A stretch of 64,000 bases of DNA from the IMG/VR virus record IMGVR_UViG_2903109678_000002, positions 1-64,000 of that record; one strand, given 5' to 3'. This DNA is from a virus. Its lineage: Duplodnaviria > Caudoviricetes. The position numbers and the translations under genes are program-made. The notes beneath the pieces are model-generated. The model was not told the DNA's origin and did no database searches. It saw nothing but the letters and a program-made list of their open reading frames with translations. Position 1 is the first letter of the stretch, and each line of letters starts with the position of its first letter. This document shows, in pieces, positions 36,179 to 47,500 of the stretch.

Positions 36179-36445
36179 TTACCCCGCCCAGACAATGATT
36201 TTATAAGCCGTAGATGTCCCCGACCATGAAACAGTTGTGCCACTCACCGTTATGGTTGGCTCTTTTGTTCCCGAATAGGTTGGGGTATCCATGAAAGCCT
36301 GAGCAGTCAACGCCGTACCGGGTGGAACATTATACGACCTTGAACCACTTGCTATATTCTCAATGATATCCATCACATAAGAAGGTGACATTGAATTAAC
36401 GACATCAAAAGACGTGCCTTTGATATAGAGAAAAGCGCCAAACAT
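36179..36445 (-). CDS. Small tail tip-associated protein
   Basis: Abuts the J stop codon; GSRSY and ITVSGTTVSW. Confidence 0.65.
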   Translation of the reverse strand: MFGAFLYIKGTSFDVVNSMSPSYVMDIIENIASGSRSYNVPPGTALTAQAFMDTPTYSGTKEPTITVSGTTVSWSGTSTAYKIIVWAG

Positions 36446-39400
36446 TATTGTTGCCCCAGAATAAACACAACGTTGCCGCTTGCGTCATAGCCAACTAAAC
36501 GGTTATTTGACCAGGTCATTCTCCCCTGCCCTGCCACATAGCCATTGTTTTCAAATACACCTGTTTTGAAATTAATAGACAATCCTGTCATACCGGAAAC
36601 AAAGTTATCTGACTGGAGCGTATCCGTTATTTTACCCCTGCCGATTGTTGCATCGCCGATAAAAGCAGTGTCCATAATGGCCTGCCCGTTTTGCAGGGCG
36701 AAGAAGGCTTTTGGTGTGGTGCCAACCTGCGACATGATCACGAACCGGTCCGCCAGGAATGCCACTGTAGATTGCATCCCGTTAGGGCCGTTCTCCATGC
36801 CAATCCCCATACCTGCCGCATAAAGCACGCCGTTCTGGTCAACCTGCACCTTTACGTTGTACTGCGCTGATACCTTGCCATCTACCGCGCTAATAGCTGA
36901 GGCGTTTTGCTGAATAGACGCGGTGAAGGTGTTGAGCTGCGCTGTAGTCGTCTGCTGGAACTGAGCAAAAGCCTGACTTGAATCAGACTGAGCCTGTTCC
37001 AGCGTGGACACACGGGCGCTGTTGTTATCGAACTGAACGGTAATCTCGCGCTGGTATGAAGCAAACGCCTGATTCGCATCAGCCTGAGCCTTCTCAGCTT
37101 GCGTCACCCGCGCACGAATTACACCTGCTGCTGCACGCTGATTTTGTGCATCCTTATCATTTGCGAGAGCGTTCTCAATGTCCGCCATCGCCGAAGCATC
37201 AAAGTATGCCTCAGTGCTTTGCGTCAGCGTTGCCAGAGCCTGATCGGTCGTGGTCTGCGCTGTCTGCAACAAACCGATAGACGCAGTATTCCCATCCGTG
37301 CTGGTTTTAACGCTATCGATACGCGTACCCAGCGCGGTATCGGCATTAGCTCGGGCCGTCTGCTCAGTGGTGATCGCAGTGGCGTTGCTCGCAACAGACG
37401 CATCCAGGCTGTTTAAGCGGGTTGTAGTTGCTGACTGGTTATCAGTGACCGCTTTCTCTACCGTGGTCAGGCGTGACGTGTTGTTATCCGTCGTCGCTTT
37501 AACATCAGTGATCCGCTGCCCCAGCGCTGTATCTGCATTTGCCCGCGCCGTCTGCTCAGTAGTGATCGCTGTGGCGTTGCTACCAGCAGATGCCTCTACC
37601 GTGTCTATGCGTTTGCCTAACGCCGTATCGGCGTTTGCTCTGGCTGTCTGTTCAGTAGTGATCGCCGAAGTGTTAGAGCTAGTCGAAGCAGATACAGTAT
37701 CAATGCGTTTGCCCAAAGCGGTATCGCCATCTGCACGTGCAGTCTGTTCAGTAGCAATAGCCGATGCATTGTTACCAACAGAGGCGTCCAGGCTATCCAA
37801 CCGCTTCACAGTCGCCGACTGGTTATCGGTGACAGCTTTTTCCACAGTCGTTAGCCTGGCCGTGTTGCTGTCTGTGGTAGTTTTCACATCGGTAATTCGC
37901 TGACCAAGTGCTGTATCTGCATTTGCCCGAGCCGTCTGCTCAGTGGTGATCGCAGTGGCGTTCGCGCCAGTCGATGCCGTTACAGTGTCGATACGCTTAG
38001 CCAGGGCTGAATCAGCATCCGTCCGCGCCGTGATTTCAGTATTGATGCTTGCGGCATTAGAATCGGTCTTTGCTGACACTGCCATGACCATTTCGGTCAG
38101 GCCTTGATCAGCATCAGCCCGTGCTTTTGCTTCTGAAACGATACTGGCAGCATTACCAGCAGCCGTGGCTGTCACTGCATCAACCCTTGATGACAGCGCA
38201 TCATCAGCGCTGGCACGCGCCCCCTGCTCTGACAGAACCTGCGCACTAACATCAGCAATGTCACTGCCAGTGCTATCGAAACGAGCCTCAACACTCTGGC
38301 GATAAACTGCAAACGCCTCCCGATCATCAGCCTGAGCCTGCTCGCTTTGCGTGATACGCGCTGAGAGCTTGCCGGATGTTTCCCGCTGCTGCTGCGCGTT
38401 CTTATCCGTGCTGAGCGCATTTTCGATATCTGCCGCCGCGCCAGCATCAAACTTAGCGCTGGTGACGCGGGAAAACTCTGCCAGAGAGTTATCCGTTGTC
38501 GTTTGCGCGTTTTGCAGGGCGGTGATCGCCGCGCTGTTATTGCCGGTTTGGGTTGTGATGGTGTCAATTCGAGTGCCTAACGCACTGTCTGCATTCGCTC
38601 TGGCTGTCTGCTCGGTGGCTATTGCGGTAGCGTTTCCATCAGATTTAGCCACAACTGCATCCAGTCGGGTCGACATGGATTGATCATTAGCCTGTAACGT
38701 CTCGACTTGCGAAACCACCGTGGCGATACTCTGGCTGCTACCTCCAGTGATGGTATTGATCTTTTGCTGAATATCATTGTTGACGTTGGTTACGCGTGTA
38801 TTCACGTCACTGATGTTATTGTTGATGCCAGTAAGGGAGGTGTTAACCTGCTCCCTCGCCAGATCAAGATCATCACGGGCTGCTTTGATATCCGTTTTGT
38901 TCTGTTGGATGTCAATTTTCGCGCTAGATAAATCATCACGTGCAGCTTTGATATCAGTCTTATTCTGCTGGATATCGGTTTTCGCAGTAGATAAATCATC
39001 ACGCGCTGATTTGATATCTGCCTGAGCCTGATCAACCGCAGAATCCAGGCCGCTAACATCAGATTCAACAGAGGTGATGCGCTCAACCAGCGCTTTACCG
39101 GTTTCCGAGTTCATCACCGCTTCAGTGATATCGTTTAGCAACGCGCCAGTATCTGTACTGGTCACACCCTGAACCCATCCAGTCCAGTCACCGGCATTAC
39201 CAATACGGTCAACCAGTCGTGCGCGATACCAGCGGCGCACACCAGCAGCCATTGGCCCGTGTTGATAGCTGGTCGAAGGATACGCAACCGAAACAAGAAG
39301 CTGTGGGTTTTGCCCGTCTGCCGTTGTCGCTTGCTGAATCTCCGTTGTAGAGGTGTCACCTGAACCGGCAGGGAAAGCCCAGGACAGTTTGATATTCCAC

Positions 39401-41613
39401 ACAACGTTATCAGATGCCAGAAGGTTCAGCGGTGTACCGGGCTTGCCTACCTTGCCCGGAAGTGACACAGATTCAGATGTACCCCACGGGGAAGAGATAT
39501 CCGCCGCATTAACAGAGCGCACCCGTACATCATAAACCCCAGCGTAAATACCCTGGATAGAAAACCCCTGGGTGCTGGTCTGGCCTACGTTTATCCAGTC
39601 ACCTTTATCCTTTCGCCACTGCGCTGTGTAGCTAATCGCGCCTTCAACCTTGTCCCATTGCACCTGCATGGTGGCAACAGTTAATCCCTGGTCGATGTGG
39701 TCAACTTCAGTCACAGTGATATTTTTCGGGGCTTGCATCACCGCCGCAGGCGTAATGGTGATAGGTGCTGCATCAACTTTCACGCCATCATCAATGTACT
39801 GGTACTTGTTTTTGTCGTGTTGAACGCCGGTTACAGTGAATGTTCCGTCATCGTTTGAGGCGATAGAGGTAATGCGGAAATACTGGATAGCCAGATTATC
39901 ACTGTCAATTGCCCACACGCCGCCTGCTACGGGTTGCTGCCGGAAAGCAGTGGTCACTGTTACCGTTTTCTTGTCAGCACTTACCGCGCCGATTGTTCGC
40001 GTCTGCGCCGTGCCGTCAGGAAGGTTAAGCACCAGCCGGTCACCAGATGCGTAGTTGATCGCGCGATCAAGGGTTACGTTCAGCCCGTTCACCGCGCTAA
40101 TTCGCCCGCCGTTCTGCTTGCCAGCCCGATAAGGGTCAGCCACGCCAATGATTTCAGCCGGAAGTGGTATATACCCATCCAGGCCAACGCCAAAAGAGAT
40201 CGTTCCGTCTTTGGCATTAGAGAGCAGCAGCCACCGGCCACGGCGATGAGCCTCACTTTGAGAGGTGCAGCCAATAGCGGTGAGCTGGGTTTCATTGACG
40301 CCATAACGCTCGACTAAGTCTTTGTCATAGACCGCTTCAGGAGTATCGCTGTAGTTGTTCTGTGGGTCAGACCAGGAGACTTGGCATGAGGTGTAACGGT
40401 TCTTGTAAGAGCCGCCAGCGTAAGTAAATAGCCCATCAATAACGTTTGACGCATGATAAACAAAATCGACGTCATCCTGCGGGGCATCAGCACGCACATA
40501 AATCTGGTCGTTACCCCAGAAGGTAATACCGCGAAATATCGCCGCAATGTCCTTCAGGACGGTATACGCATCTTCCTGGCTCTGGATGTAGGCATTACAG
40601 GTAAAACGAGGCTCCTTGCCACCAGCTCCGTCTGACACCATGTCATCACAGTACTGTGCGATGGTGTACAGCTCCCATTTATCAATCATGGAAGCATCAA
40701 CGCGGTTCCCCATCCCGTAAATTTTATCCAGCACCAGATCGTAGAAAATCCACGCCGGGTTGTTGGTATAAGCCCACTTGAAACTACCCGTCCAGGTGCC
40801 GGTGTACGTGCGGGTGTTAGGGTCATAATTATCTGGAACCCGAACCAGCTTTCCTTTGTATTTACAGGTGGTTTTCGGCACAGAGCCGTTAAACTGGCTG
40901 GCATCCAATTCCAGAAAGAGCAAGGCTGTATTCGGGTAGCGTAACTTGCTGTCGATCACTTCCGCATAACTGAACACCTTGAAGGCGTTAACCAACTTAG
41001 TGGCCGATGTCGAATCAGCAGTGATACGGCGTACCCGGATTGACCAGCCCGAGGTGGCCTTGGGTAAATCGATGCGGTGATCGCGCTGGTATTCCGATGT
41101 GGTTTTGCCGCTAAACACGCCTTCAACTACAATCTGCCAGGCCGCGCCATCGGTGGATAACTCGATAACGTATTGGGTTGAGGTACCAACCATGTCGCCG
41201 TTATCTTTGTACTGATATTGAGCAGGCAGGCTTAGCTTAATACGTACGGCATCAAGGGAAAGATTGGTGTACTGGTGCGTCCAGGGAGAGGCCTGTTTGA
41301 CCTCAAGTCCAACAGCCAGCTCGTTATCAACCTCTGGCATGCCCTGAATGTATTCCTGATCCTGCGTGCCGGTACGGTATTCCCATTTAACGCCGGTAAA
41401 GTTATACGTGCCGTCATCGTTTGCCAGCGGCGTATCGCCGAGGAAAATATTTTGTGCCGTTAAATCGCCCTGGATTTCGCCTTCACCCAAAGCAATCAGA
41501 AGCTTTAGCTTTGCCGTGGAGAGCAAATCATCTGGCTGTTCGGTGGGCGTCTGCGCACTCTGACTGCCCCCTTTGCTCCCCCGGATAATGGTGGCACCGT
41601 CAAGAAGTCGCAT
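36445..41613 (-). CDS. Tail tip / host specificity protein J, extended by coiled-coil repeats
   Basis: GEGEIQG, YPNTAL, NNPAWIFYDL, EPRFTCN, GCTSQSEAHRRGRW; FN3-like region; C-terminal AAGMGIG..ADRF. Confidence 0.93.
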   Translation of the reverse strand: MRLLDGATIIRGSKGGSQSAQTPTEQPDDLLSTAKLKLLIALGEGEIQGDLTAQNIFLGDTPLANDDGTYNFTGVKWEYRTGTQDQEYIQGMPEVDNELAVGLEVKQASPWTHQYTNLSLDAVRIKLSLPAQYQYKDNGDMVGTSTQYVIELSTDGAAWQIVVEGVFSGKTTSEYQRDHRIDLPKATSGWSIRVRRITADSTSATKLVNAFKVFSYAEVIDSKLRYPNTALLFLELDASQFNGSVPKTTCKYKGKLVRVPDNYDPNTRTYTGTWTGSFKWAYTNNPAWIFYDLVLDKIYGMGNRVDASMIDKWELYTIAQYCDDMVSDGAGGKEPRFTCNAYIQSQEDAYTVLKDIAAIFRGITFWGNDQIYVRADAPQDDVDFVYHASNVIDGLFTYAGGSYKNRYTSCQVSWSDPQNNYSDTPEAVYDKDLVERYGVNETQLTAIGCTSQSEAHRRGRWLLLSNAKDGTISFGVGLDGYIPLPAEIIGVADPYRAGKQNGGRISAVNGLNVTLDRAINYASGDRLVLNLPDGTAQTRTIGAVSADKKTVTVTTAFRQQPVAGGVWAIDSDNLAIQYFRITSIASNDDGTFTVTGVQHDKNKYQYIDDGVKVDAAPITITPAAVMQAPKNITVTEVDHIDQGLTVATMQVQWDKVEGAISYTAQWRKDKGDWINVGQTSTQGFSIQGIYAGVYDVRVRSVNAADISSPWGTSESVSLPGKVGKPGTPLNLLASDNVVWNIKLSWAFPAGSGDTSTTEIQQATTADGQNPQLLVSVAYPSTSYQHGPMAAGVRRWYRARLVDRIGNAGDWTGWVQGVTSTDTGALLNDITEAVMNSETGKALVERITSVESDVSGLDSAVDQAQADIKSARDDLSTAKTDIQQNKTDIKAARDDLSSAKIDIQQNKTDIKAARDDLDLAREQVNTSLTGINNNISDVNTRVTNVNNDIQQKINTITGGSSQSIATVVSQVETLQANDQSMSTRLDAVVAKSDGNATAIATEQTARANADSALGTRIDTITTQTGNNSAAITALQNAQTTTDNSLAEFSRVTSAKFDAGAAADIENALSTDKNAQQQRETSGKLSARITQSEQAQADDREAFAVYRQSVEARFDSTGSDIADVSAQVLSEQGARASADDALSSRVDAVTATAAGNAASIVSEAKARADADQGLTEMVMAVSAKTDSNAASINTEITARTDADSALAKRIDTVTASTGANATAITTEQTARANADTALGQRITDVKTTTDSNTARLTTVEKAVTDNQSATVKRLDSLDASVGNNASAIATEQTARADGDTALGKRIDTVSASTSSNTSAITTEQTARANADTALGKRIDTVEASAGSNATAITTEQTARANADTALGQRITDVKATTDNNTSRLTTVEKAVTDNQSATTTRLNSLDASVASNATAITTEQTARANADTALGTRIDSVKTSTDGNTASIGLLQTAQTTTDQALATLTQSTEAYFDASAMADIENALANDKDAQNQRAAAGVIRARVTQAEKAQADANQAFASYQREITVQFDNNSARVSTLEQAQSDSSQAFAQFQQTTTAQLNTFTASIQQNASAISAVDGKVSAQYNVKVQVDQNGVLYAAGMGIGMENGPNGMQSTVAFLADRFVIMSQVGTTPKAFFALQNGQAIMDTAFIGDATIGRGKITDTLQSDNFVSGMTGLSINFKTGVFENNGYVAGQGRMTWSNNRLVGYDASGNVVFILGQQ

Positions 41614-41665
41614 ATTTCACCCATAAAAAAAGCCACCCGGAGGTGGCTTAGAAAAGTTGAAAAAA

Positions 41666-42310
41666 TTATTGCTGGTCGCTGGAGAAAATACCGGCGCTGA
41701 TTATCGCCCCGCCGTTTTCCCGCTCGCCATAAGCAACAGGAACGGGGTAGCCCATTGCTACCGTATTCACCGGGGAACCAAAGGCATAGTTCGGCTTGTT
41801 GTCGGCACTAGAAGATGATCCAACACTGTAGCCTGGCTGCGGCGTCAGCAAGCCGACTACACCACCGAGCATCATAGAGAGGCCCATACCAGTCAACGCT
41901 GTAGCCGCCAGCGCAGCACCGCCAGTAAGCGCGGCTGCACCTGTCCCCACACCGAGCGTGGCACCCCAGACTCCAAGGGATGCGCCAGCCGTAAAGAACG
42001 CAGCAACGAGTGCCGCAGAACCAATAACTATCTGCAATAGCCCAGCACTTTTACTTCCTTCAATGACCGATACCATCCGGTACTCATTTGCACCGTTGGA
42101 CATGTCGAACTCTGGAAGCGTGATGTTGTGCTTATCACTGTAGAAGGCAAAGCGAATGCCGTTTAGGTGGGCATTAGAAACATACTTTTTAAAGCCCGGT
42201 ACAGTGGTACACATTGCCCGGAGCATCTCGCGCAGGTCAGCAACTTGATAGCGATGCGTCTTGCCAAATTTCTTTGCAAGTGCTCCACCGAGCGTTAAGG
42301 TTTTAAGCAT
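41666..42310 (-). CDS. Tail assembly protein I
   Basis: GALAKKFG; NYAFGSPVNTVAMGYPVPVAYG..GGAIISAG. Confidence 0.9.
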   Translation of the reverse strand: MLKTLTLGGALAKKFGKTHRYQVADLREMLRAMCTTVPGFKKYVSNAHLNGIRFAFYSDKHNITLPEFDMSNGANEYRMVSVIEGSKSAGLLQIVIGSAALVAAFFTAGASLGVWGATLGVGTGAAALTGGAALAATALTGMGLSMMLGGVVGLLTPQPGYSVGSSSSADNKPNYAFGSPVNTVAMGYPVPVAYGERENGGAIISAGIFSSDQQ

Positions 42311-43022
42311 TCATCAGCTCCTTGTGCCTGACGATTCTCACTGTCCGATCCCGATGGTATGAACCATATGGGATGCGCGTTGAAAGCTGGCCGGACAGAT
42401 GATGAAGAATGATATTTTCACCGAGATAAACCGCTGCGTGATTGGTCACGGAAGACTGGAGCCGCATCATGATGATGTCGCCGTGGCGAAGATCGGAGGT
42501 TGAGATTTCAGCAAACCCCTCCTTCTCCCAGTTGTCATCGTAAAGCGCCTCTTTCCCGTCAATCCACCACTCGAGGGGTACGGAATAATCACCGAGCGCC
42601 AGCGAAAACTCCCGGCTGTAATATTCCTTAATCAAGCTCCAGCAGTCGGCATAGCCGATAACCCACGGCCTGCCGGTATAGTCTCGATCAACTCTTGGGG
42701 ACAGCGTGCAAAAGTCACCATCAGGCCAGGACATGATCCCCCACTCAACACCAGACCAGTCACACTGAATTCGGTCCATCTCGGAGGGAATAAGCTGCAC
42801 CACGTCCGGGTGAGAATGGATAATCATCAGCACTTCCCCCAACGCCTCCGCTGCGGTGAAGTCTTCCGGGGCCAGGGTAAAATTTTCCGTTGGCACTTCC
42901 GCCGTATTGCGACAGGGAATGTACTGTTGCGCCCTGCCGTTCTGCACAATCACGCCGCAAGCCTCATTCGGATAAGCGGCGGCTACATGCTGCTGGATAG
43001 CCTCAAGCACCTTTTTACGCAT
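42303..43022 (-). CDS. Tail assembly protein K (JAB + NlpC/P60)
   Basis: PNEACG, HSHP, DCWSLI, NHAAVYLG..LHH. Confidence 0.9.
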   Translation of the reverse strand: MRKKVLEAIQQHVAAAYPNEACGVIVQNGRAQQYIPCRNTAEVPTENFTLAPEDFTAAEALGEVLMIIHSHPDVVQLIPSEMDRIQCDWSGVEWGIMSWPDGDFCTLSPRVDRDYTGRPWVIGYADCWSLIKEYYSREFSLALGDYSVPLEWWIDGKEALYDDNWEKEGFAEISTSDLRHGDIIMMRLQSSVTNHAAVYLGENIILHHLSGQLSTRIPYGSYHRDRTVRIVRHKELMNA

Positions 43023-43023
43023 G

Positions 43024-43761
43024 CTATTTCCCCTGAAGATTTGCTGCGGGGAAGCCACCGAATGGCAACGGTTGATCGCTGCCAAATCGAGACTTACAGT
43101 CACTTAGCCTCCCGCCGCAAACATCTAACGCCGGGTTATCAGTTTCAGTTCCATCCTTCAGGAAGTAATTGCTGCCTGCATAATCACAGCCGGTTCCGCT
43201 TCTGTACCATCCGCGCATGCACCAGGTGCAAACAGGCGTTATCTGCCGGGAGGGTAATTGCAGGCTCTGGACGTCAAACGGAGAGCACAATTCAAAATCT
43301 ACCTGAATGCGCGTCTCGGTCGATTTGGCATTCACATAGAACAGTTGCACTCTCTCTTCAGTAGGTGATGCTGTCGGATTGCCTGAAGTCCAGTTCGCGG
43401 CGTCCAGATATTTCGCCATCGTGGTGCGGATTCGAACCTTGGCTTTAACGAGATCGTCGTATTGCAGGCACAACGCGCTGACGTACCCACCAATGTCGCC
43501 AACAGACAGAGTTGGCGTGGGCTGTGAACCCGTGCTGGAAAGCTCAACACTTTTCAGCTCATAGGGATGAGGATCGTACTGATTGCCCTGCCAGATAATG
43601 GCCGGCAAATTCTCTTGAGCAAAGGCGGCCCAGCCCTCTGTAGGGAGGTTGTAGGCGTGGAAACGTAAAACATCTGGCATGCCAAATTCAGTACCATCAA
43701 CCTCAATAAGCTGAATTAACTGACCGGCCTCCAGTTGTTGCAAATCTCGCGTCAGACTCAT
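43024..43761 (-). CDS. Minor tail protein L
   Basis: YLDAANW, CTWC..YRSG.GC.Y, DVCGG..SDCKSRFG, FGGFP. Confidence 0.92.
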   Translation of the reverse strand: MSLTRDLQQLEAGQLIQLIEVDGTEFGMPDVLRFHAYNLPTEGWAAFAQENLPAIIWQGNQYDPHPYELKSVELSSTGSQPTPTLSVGDIGGYVSALCLQYDDLVKAKVRIRTTMAKYLDAANWTSGNPTASPTEERVQLFYVNAKSTETRIQVDFELCSPFDVQSLQLPSRQITPVCTWCMRGWYRSGTGCDYAGSNYFLKDGTETDNPALDVCGGRLSDCKSRFGSDQPLPFGGFPAANLQGK

Positions 43762-43834
43762 AAGCGACCCAATAAAAAAGGCCGCATACGCGACCTGACT
43801 GGAAAGGATAGTAATTTAAGCTGTAGTGACTTAA

Positions 43835-44176
43835 TTACGGCGAAGGTGCCTCAAGGAAGGTAAAGCTGATATCTACAAATACACCCGTTGTGAAGTTAGG
43901 GGTGATCGAGTCTTTCTTAACGCGATAGAGCTTTTTTTCACCCCATGGATTTTCCCACCAGAATGAAGTGATCACATGGTCTTTCAGAAAACTTCTCACC
44001 TGTTTCATTTCGGTGATATCGCCGTTACATGAGAGCGTCCAGGTTTCGATTGCGGCGTTAATTCCGGCGCTGGCTATCTGACTGTAACCATCCCCGAACT
44101 GCGCAGACAAAGCCGCAACACTCAACTGCTCTTCTGCACCGATACGTACAGCCCAGCTAAATGTGTCGATTGCCAT
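43835..44176 (-). CDS. Minor tail protein M
   Basis: AQFGDGYSQ..GIN, FLKDH..SFWW..P. Confidence 0.88.
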   Translation of the reverse strand: MAIDTFSWAVRIGAEEQLSVAALSAQFGDGYSQIASAGINAAIETWTLSCNGDITEMKQVRSFLKDHVITSFWWENPWGEKKLYRVKKDSITPNFTTGVFVDISFTFLEAPSP

Positions 44177-44220
44177 AAAAATCTCCAGACGAAAAAAAAC
44201 CACCCGAAGGTGGTTATTTA

Positions 44221-44448
44221 CTACAGGCCAGCTTTCTTTCTGGCCTCTTCAAGATATCCTTCGGCGGATTTATCAAGATTAACTTTAGATCCGTTATCTG
44301 GTCCGGTTAGCTGTGATAGTTTCTCGTTAATTGACTCTAAGAGCTGAACTTGACGATTGGCTCTCACACTTGCGCGGTTCATGAAATACCAAAAAACAAA
44401 AGATATAACCATGAAAATAAGATAAACAACAAAACCTGCTGCGGCCAC
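44221..44448 (-). CDS. YebO-like small membrane protein (moron)
   Basis: Single TM segment then WYFMNRASVRANRQVQLLESI; followed by a terminator near 44192-44215. Confidence 0.7.
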   Translation of the reverse strand: MAAAGFVVYLIFMVISFVFWYFMNRASVRANRQVQLLESINEKLSQLTGPDNGSKVNLDKSAEGYLEEARKKAGL

Positions 44449-44503
44449 TTGTAACTCCCTCTAACATTTGGAGTCACAACCTTAACACTTGTTTGCTGCT
44501 GGA

Positions 44504-47500
44504 TCACCTGTTGTATAAAATCCCACCTGGAGACATTTCTTTTTTCAATAAGTCGGTAAACTTACTCTGTATTACAGCGCTTAATTGTTTTTGTATCGCA
44601 CCAACACCAGAAGGGTTTGAACTACCGCTATCTGGCTGAGTTAAATTGACCGGGGCATAGACACTTATTGATGGGCTTGCCTGATTAGATGCGGTGTTAA
44701 CTTTCGATGAATACTGTGCTTTTCCACCGACGGCCCCACCATCTGCATAACCTCGCATCATGCCATAAAGGTTATCAACCCCAATCCGTTGAGTCGCCTC
44801 TTTGGTAAAGACAAACTCTCCTTTATGAACAATTCCGGCTGGGTCGTACTTCCCGCCAACTCCTGTAAATCCACCACCATCATAAGCTGCAAAACTTGTG
44901 GACAAGCCCATAGCCCCAACGCCACCAGTCGAGGCAGCAGCGCCAGATGCGACCCCGCCAATGCTGCTAGTTATACCCCCTATAAGTCCACCTAATAGTG
45001 ATCCCCCTGATTGCTTTAGCGTATTCACAATCGTCATTTGCAAAGCAACTTTCGCGAGCATCTGAAGTACGGATAAGCCCCATGACTTCCAGTCAGCTTT
45101 GCTACCAATTAGCATTGAAGACATGTTGTCCAGGGCGCTATCCATAGTGGATGTGATGGCTGTGGCAACTGTTCCGGCCACGTTGCCAGCGCTATCAAGC
45201 CAGTTCTGGTAGCCCTTCGATACGCCGCTGAGCCAGTTACCCTCTGTTGCTGCTATCGCTTGGTACTTTTTATCGAGGGCATCTAATGCCTGATTGCGTG
45301 CTGCAATCGCGGCAGTCCCTTTGTCCGTTTTATCGAAGGTTCGGCCAATTTGCTGAGTTTCATCGTATCTCTGTTTTTGGCGATCGCTAAGGCTGGCCGT
45401 TTCTACTGTCAGCGCTCCCTCATCCTTGAGCCTGCGAGCTGCTTCACGTAAATCTTTTAACGCCTCCACCTGATCACGCTGTTTTTTAATATTTTCTTCT
45501 GCCCTTTGCGTCCAGATCGCCAGTTCAGCCGAAGAATCTCTTATCGCTTTACGCTGCTCCTCAGTCCACTTTGCCCCTGTTTGGTGAGTTGCGGCGTAAA
45601 GCTCAGAAGCTTTTTCTCCCTCAGATGCGCGGACTTTTTGCACCTCAGTGGCCACGCTTAAATCTGCCATCTTGCGAGCATAATTTTCCGCCTGCGAAGC
45701 GGCTTCTTTTTCCGCTTTATTTTGAGCGTTTGTTGATTTAGTTAATTCTTTCTTAGAATCAGCGATATTCTGAGTACTTATTGCGCCGCTATCCATATCA
45801 CTGATGTATTTATTATAATAAACACCAGTCAAGCCAAGGTCTTGTGCTTCATACACTCTTTGCTGGTGGAGCTTTTCAAGACCATCAAGCGCACCTAATA
45901 CGCGCTCTCTTTCCGCCTTTTGCAAAGCTTGTTGTTGTTTCTGGTTTAACCCTGAATAATCGAGCACAGGGCCAGTATAGGTTCCAAGATGGGAGCGCTG
46001 TTCAATCAGGTTGTTTCCCAATGACATTAAGCGGTTAAATTCGCTGTGTTGCCCGTTCATCATTACCAGTGACTGGTAAGCCGCGTTTTGCTCAGCAGCC
46101 TGCTGTCTGATTAGATCAATGCGGCGATTTTCAAGGGTGGTAAGAGCAGACTGAACATCCTGTGATTTAGCCTGCATTTGATAAAGCCTTTCCTGCTCCA
46201 CTGCCAGAGAGGAAGTCGATTTATCAAGTCCATTGGTCGCATCGGAAAGACTGATCAGATGGTTAACCAGAAACCCTCCAATGCTAGGGCCGGGGTTGGA
46301 CAGTATCTGCTGATACCCCTGCACTTCGCTTTTAAGCTCGCTTACCTTTCTTGCTTGCTCATCTACCAGACGATTCTGCTCATTAAGTGAGGCTTTGGTC
46401 TGAAATGCGTTGTCGGAAACTTCCGGCAAACTCATTTTTGGTAGAGCGCTTTTAACCTGCTCTAACGTTTTTATGTATTCCCGCGCTGACTCTCTCGCCT
46501 GCTCCTGGTTTTGATACATCGCATACCAGGCGCCAGCCCCCAGCATCACGAGGCCAGGAACACCACCGATAAGGCCTAGCGCGCCCCCAAGAAGACGCGA
46601 TCCAACAGATGTTACATTGTTGAGGTTATTTTGAGCTGCAACACGGTTTGCCAGATTACCATTCAGACTTGCTTGAGCTGCGGCCAATCGACGTTCTGCC
46701 GCAGCCTGCGCATCAGCATTCTTTGCCGAAACTAACGCAGCCTGGGCACGATCAAGTGCGGTTCGCGCTCTTCCCTTCTCCGTAGCCGTGCCGCTCGCTA
46801 GTGCAGCGTTGAGCCGCGTTTGTGCGGCAGTCACTTTCGCATCTGCTGCTGCGACTCTCTCCTGCTGAGCTGCTTGAACCTCGGCACTACGCGCAGCTTG
46901 CAGCCCCTGCTGTGCTCGATAAACTGCTGCACGTGAAGCAGCTACGGCTGAAGCCGCAGCCTTCTCCTGTGCGGCAGCAAGTGCGACCTCAGATTTAGCC
47001 GCAGCTATCAGAGAAGTAGTGGCACCGGTTGCGCTCGATACGACCCCGCCAAGATATTTTGCTAGCCCAACACCTACCAGAGCACCAGCTACAGTTGTGA
47101 TGGTTGACATGTTATTGGCAACATCATTTAGCGTGCCGCTAACAGCAGAGGCTGTGAATGAATCAATAGCTCCCGCCAATCCTGTCACGCCACCAGAAAG
47201 CGCCTGGGTTGCCCCGGTGGCATTGTTGATATTGCCTACCCAGGCCATGAAGGAGTTGCTAACCTTTTGCATGGCCCCTGAAACGGTCTGCGGCATTGCC
47301 GCAAACTCCTTTTGCAGGGTCCCAAGCTGGTTAATCAGCGCAGGAACTACCTTATCAATCGTAAGCTGCCCCTGATCGGCCATCCCTTTGAGGTCTTTAC
47401 GTGCAACCCCCATACCAGCAGCCAGTGCCCTGATAACGCGATCACCTGCCTCGTTGACTGCGTTAAACTCTTCACCACGCAAAACGCCCTGCGCAAGTGC

